This document shows, one piece after another, positions 57,807-58,534 of a DNA stretch of 58,534 bases (position 1 is its first letter; the number at the start of each line of letters is the position of its first letter). Position numbers and translations under genes: made by a program. Location: NCBI GenBank assembly GCA_043804515.1, contig JAZDIZ010000074.1, positions 1-58,534 of the forward strand, given 5' to 3'. The notes beneath the pieces were generated by a model that worked only from the letters and a program-made list of their open reading frames with translations, was not told the DNA's origin and ran no database searches. This DNA is from Pseudomonadota bacterium. Its GTDB lineage: Bacteria; Bdellovibrionota_G; JALEGL01; DATDPG01.

Positions 57807-58006
57807 GCCCAGTCCTAGAGCAAGGCCAGGACCAGGCGTAACCTCTTGAAGTTATTGAATCAGGGTGTTGGCCTGACACGTCGAATGTCAGGTTTATATG
57901 TCAGGTTTGCCGTACCTTCGGCTCCGAAAGCCGGAGGCGGCCGGCTCCGAGCCCCGGCGCGATGGAGTGGACTTTTGCTGTAAATTCAGGCAGCTAAAGT
58001 GCTCTT

Positions 58007-58534
58007 ATGGCGGATCTGTCCGACAGAAAGCGCGAGGTCCTGTTCGCGGTCGTGGAGAACTTTATCTCCACGGCGGAGCCCGTTGGGTCCGGCCAAGTAG
58101 CCAAATCTAAAGACATTTTGTTCAGCCCCGCCACGATCCGGAATGTCATGGCTGAACTCGAGGAGATGGGGTTTCTCTCCCGCCCCCACGCCTCATCCGG
58201 CGGCGTACCCACCTCCCTCGCCTACCGGTTTTATGTGGACCGCCTCATGCACCTAAAACCCCTCACTCAAGCCGAACGGGATGAAATCCGCAGCCGCGTC
58301 GAATCGGGCGTCTCCAGCGTGCACGACATCATGCGCGACGCCTGCCGCCTTATTTCGGAGCGCGCCCACCAACCGGGCGTCGCCCTGGCTCCCTCCGCCG
58401 AGGAGCGGAGCCTCAAGCACATTCAGTTCATGCGCCTTCGAGCGGATCTGGCGCTCGCGATCCTCGTAACCTCCACGGGAATCGTGGAGAACAAACTCCT
58501 GGCGTTGGACAAGCCGTATACGCAGGAGCAGCTG
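58007..58534 (+). CDS. hrcA: heat-inducible transcription repressor HrcA, N-terminal part (3' end outside window)
   Basis: MADLSDRKREVLFAVVENFISTAEPVGSGQVAK...TIRNVMAELEEMGFLSRPHASSGGVPT is the typical HrcA winged-helix N-terminus. The frame is open to the window end. It is absent from the ORF track because there is no stop. Confidence 0.9.
   Translation, partial: MADLSDRKREVLFAVVENFISTAEPVGSGQVAKSKDILFSPATIRNVMAELEEMGFLSRPHASSGGVPTSLAYRFYVDRLMHLKPLTQAERDEIRSRVESGVSSVHDIMRDACRLISERAHQPGVALAPSAEERSLKHIQFMRLRADLALAILVTSTGIVENKLLALDKPYTQEQL

Noticed and set aside
57850-58006. CIRCE operator (TTAGCACTC-N9-GAGTGCTAA) upstream of hrcA
   Set aside because: It is not present. Only an unrelated inverted repeat CCTGACA-N7-TGTCAGG and a direct repeat ATGTCAGGTTT were seen, which I cannot tie to HrcA.

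Overview
High-GC bacterial chromosomal segment (roughly 60-65% GC, judged by eye). Gene content suggests a deltaproteobacterium-like lineage of the Myxococcota/Bdellovibrionota type: type IV pilus genes, many FHA, PilZ, GGDEF and TPR proteins, DUF507 and DUF4388. I call about 50 protein genes and one tRNA-Leu(GAG).

Most genes are housekeeping:
- DNA and RNA functions: mutY (3' part), alaS, recA, cinA, pgpA, ruvX, rimO, ftsK, rnj, rsmE, hemW, hrcA (5' part).
- Peptidoglycan turnover: nagZ, dacB, mltG, anmK.
- Envelope: exbB-exbD-exbD, bamD, lolA, a LolB-like lipoprotein.
- Type IV pilus: a pilin and pilT.
- Several lineage-specific secreted proteins or lipoproteins in patches that look lower in GC.

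I recognised no integrase, transposase, CRISPR/Cas, restriction-modification or toxin-antitoxin genes, so there is no classical defence island or mobile element here.

Loci that existing annotation categories explain poorly:
1. Three consecutive genes carrying five FHA domains with no kinase or phosphatase partner (11421-14325).
2. An overlapping PilZ plus ~500-aa single-module AAA+ gene pair (870-2832).
3. A small low-GC gene bracketed by two copies of a palindromic element with GGGGACAC/GTGTCCCC arms (26639-27253).
4. Next to it, ~670 bp of stop-depleted, helix-rich non-coding DNA (27254-27921).
5. A ~100-nt intergenic element present three times, with compensatory stem changes (17790-17885, 33429-33533, 39901-40002).
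6. A 440-nt non-coding leader before a TPR/LolB-like/orphan-OppDF/RNase J gene string (39647-40087).

All family assignments rest on motif recognition by eye. No BLAST, HMM, covariance-model or folding computation was possible, and start codons are best guesses.
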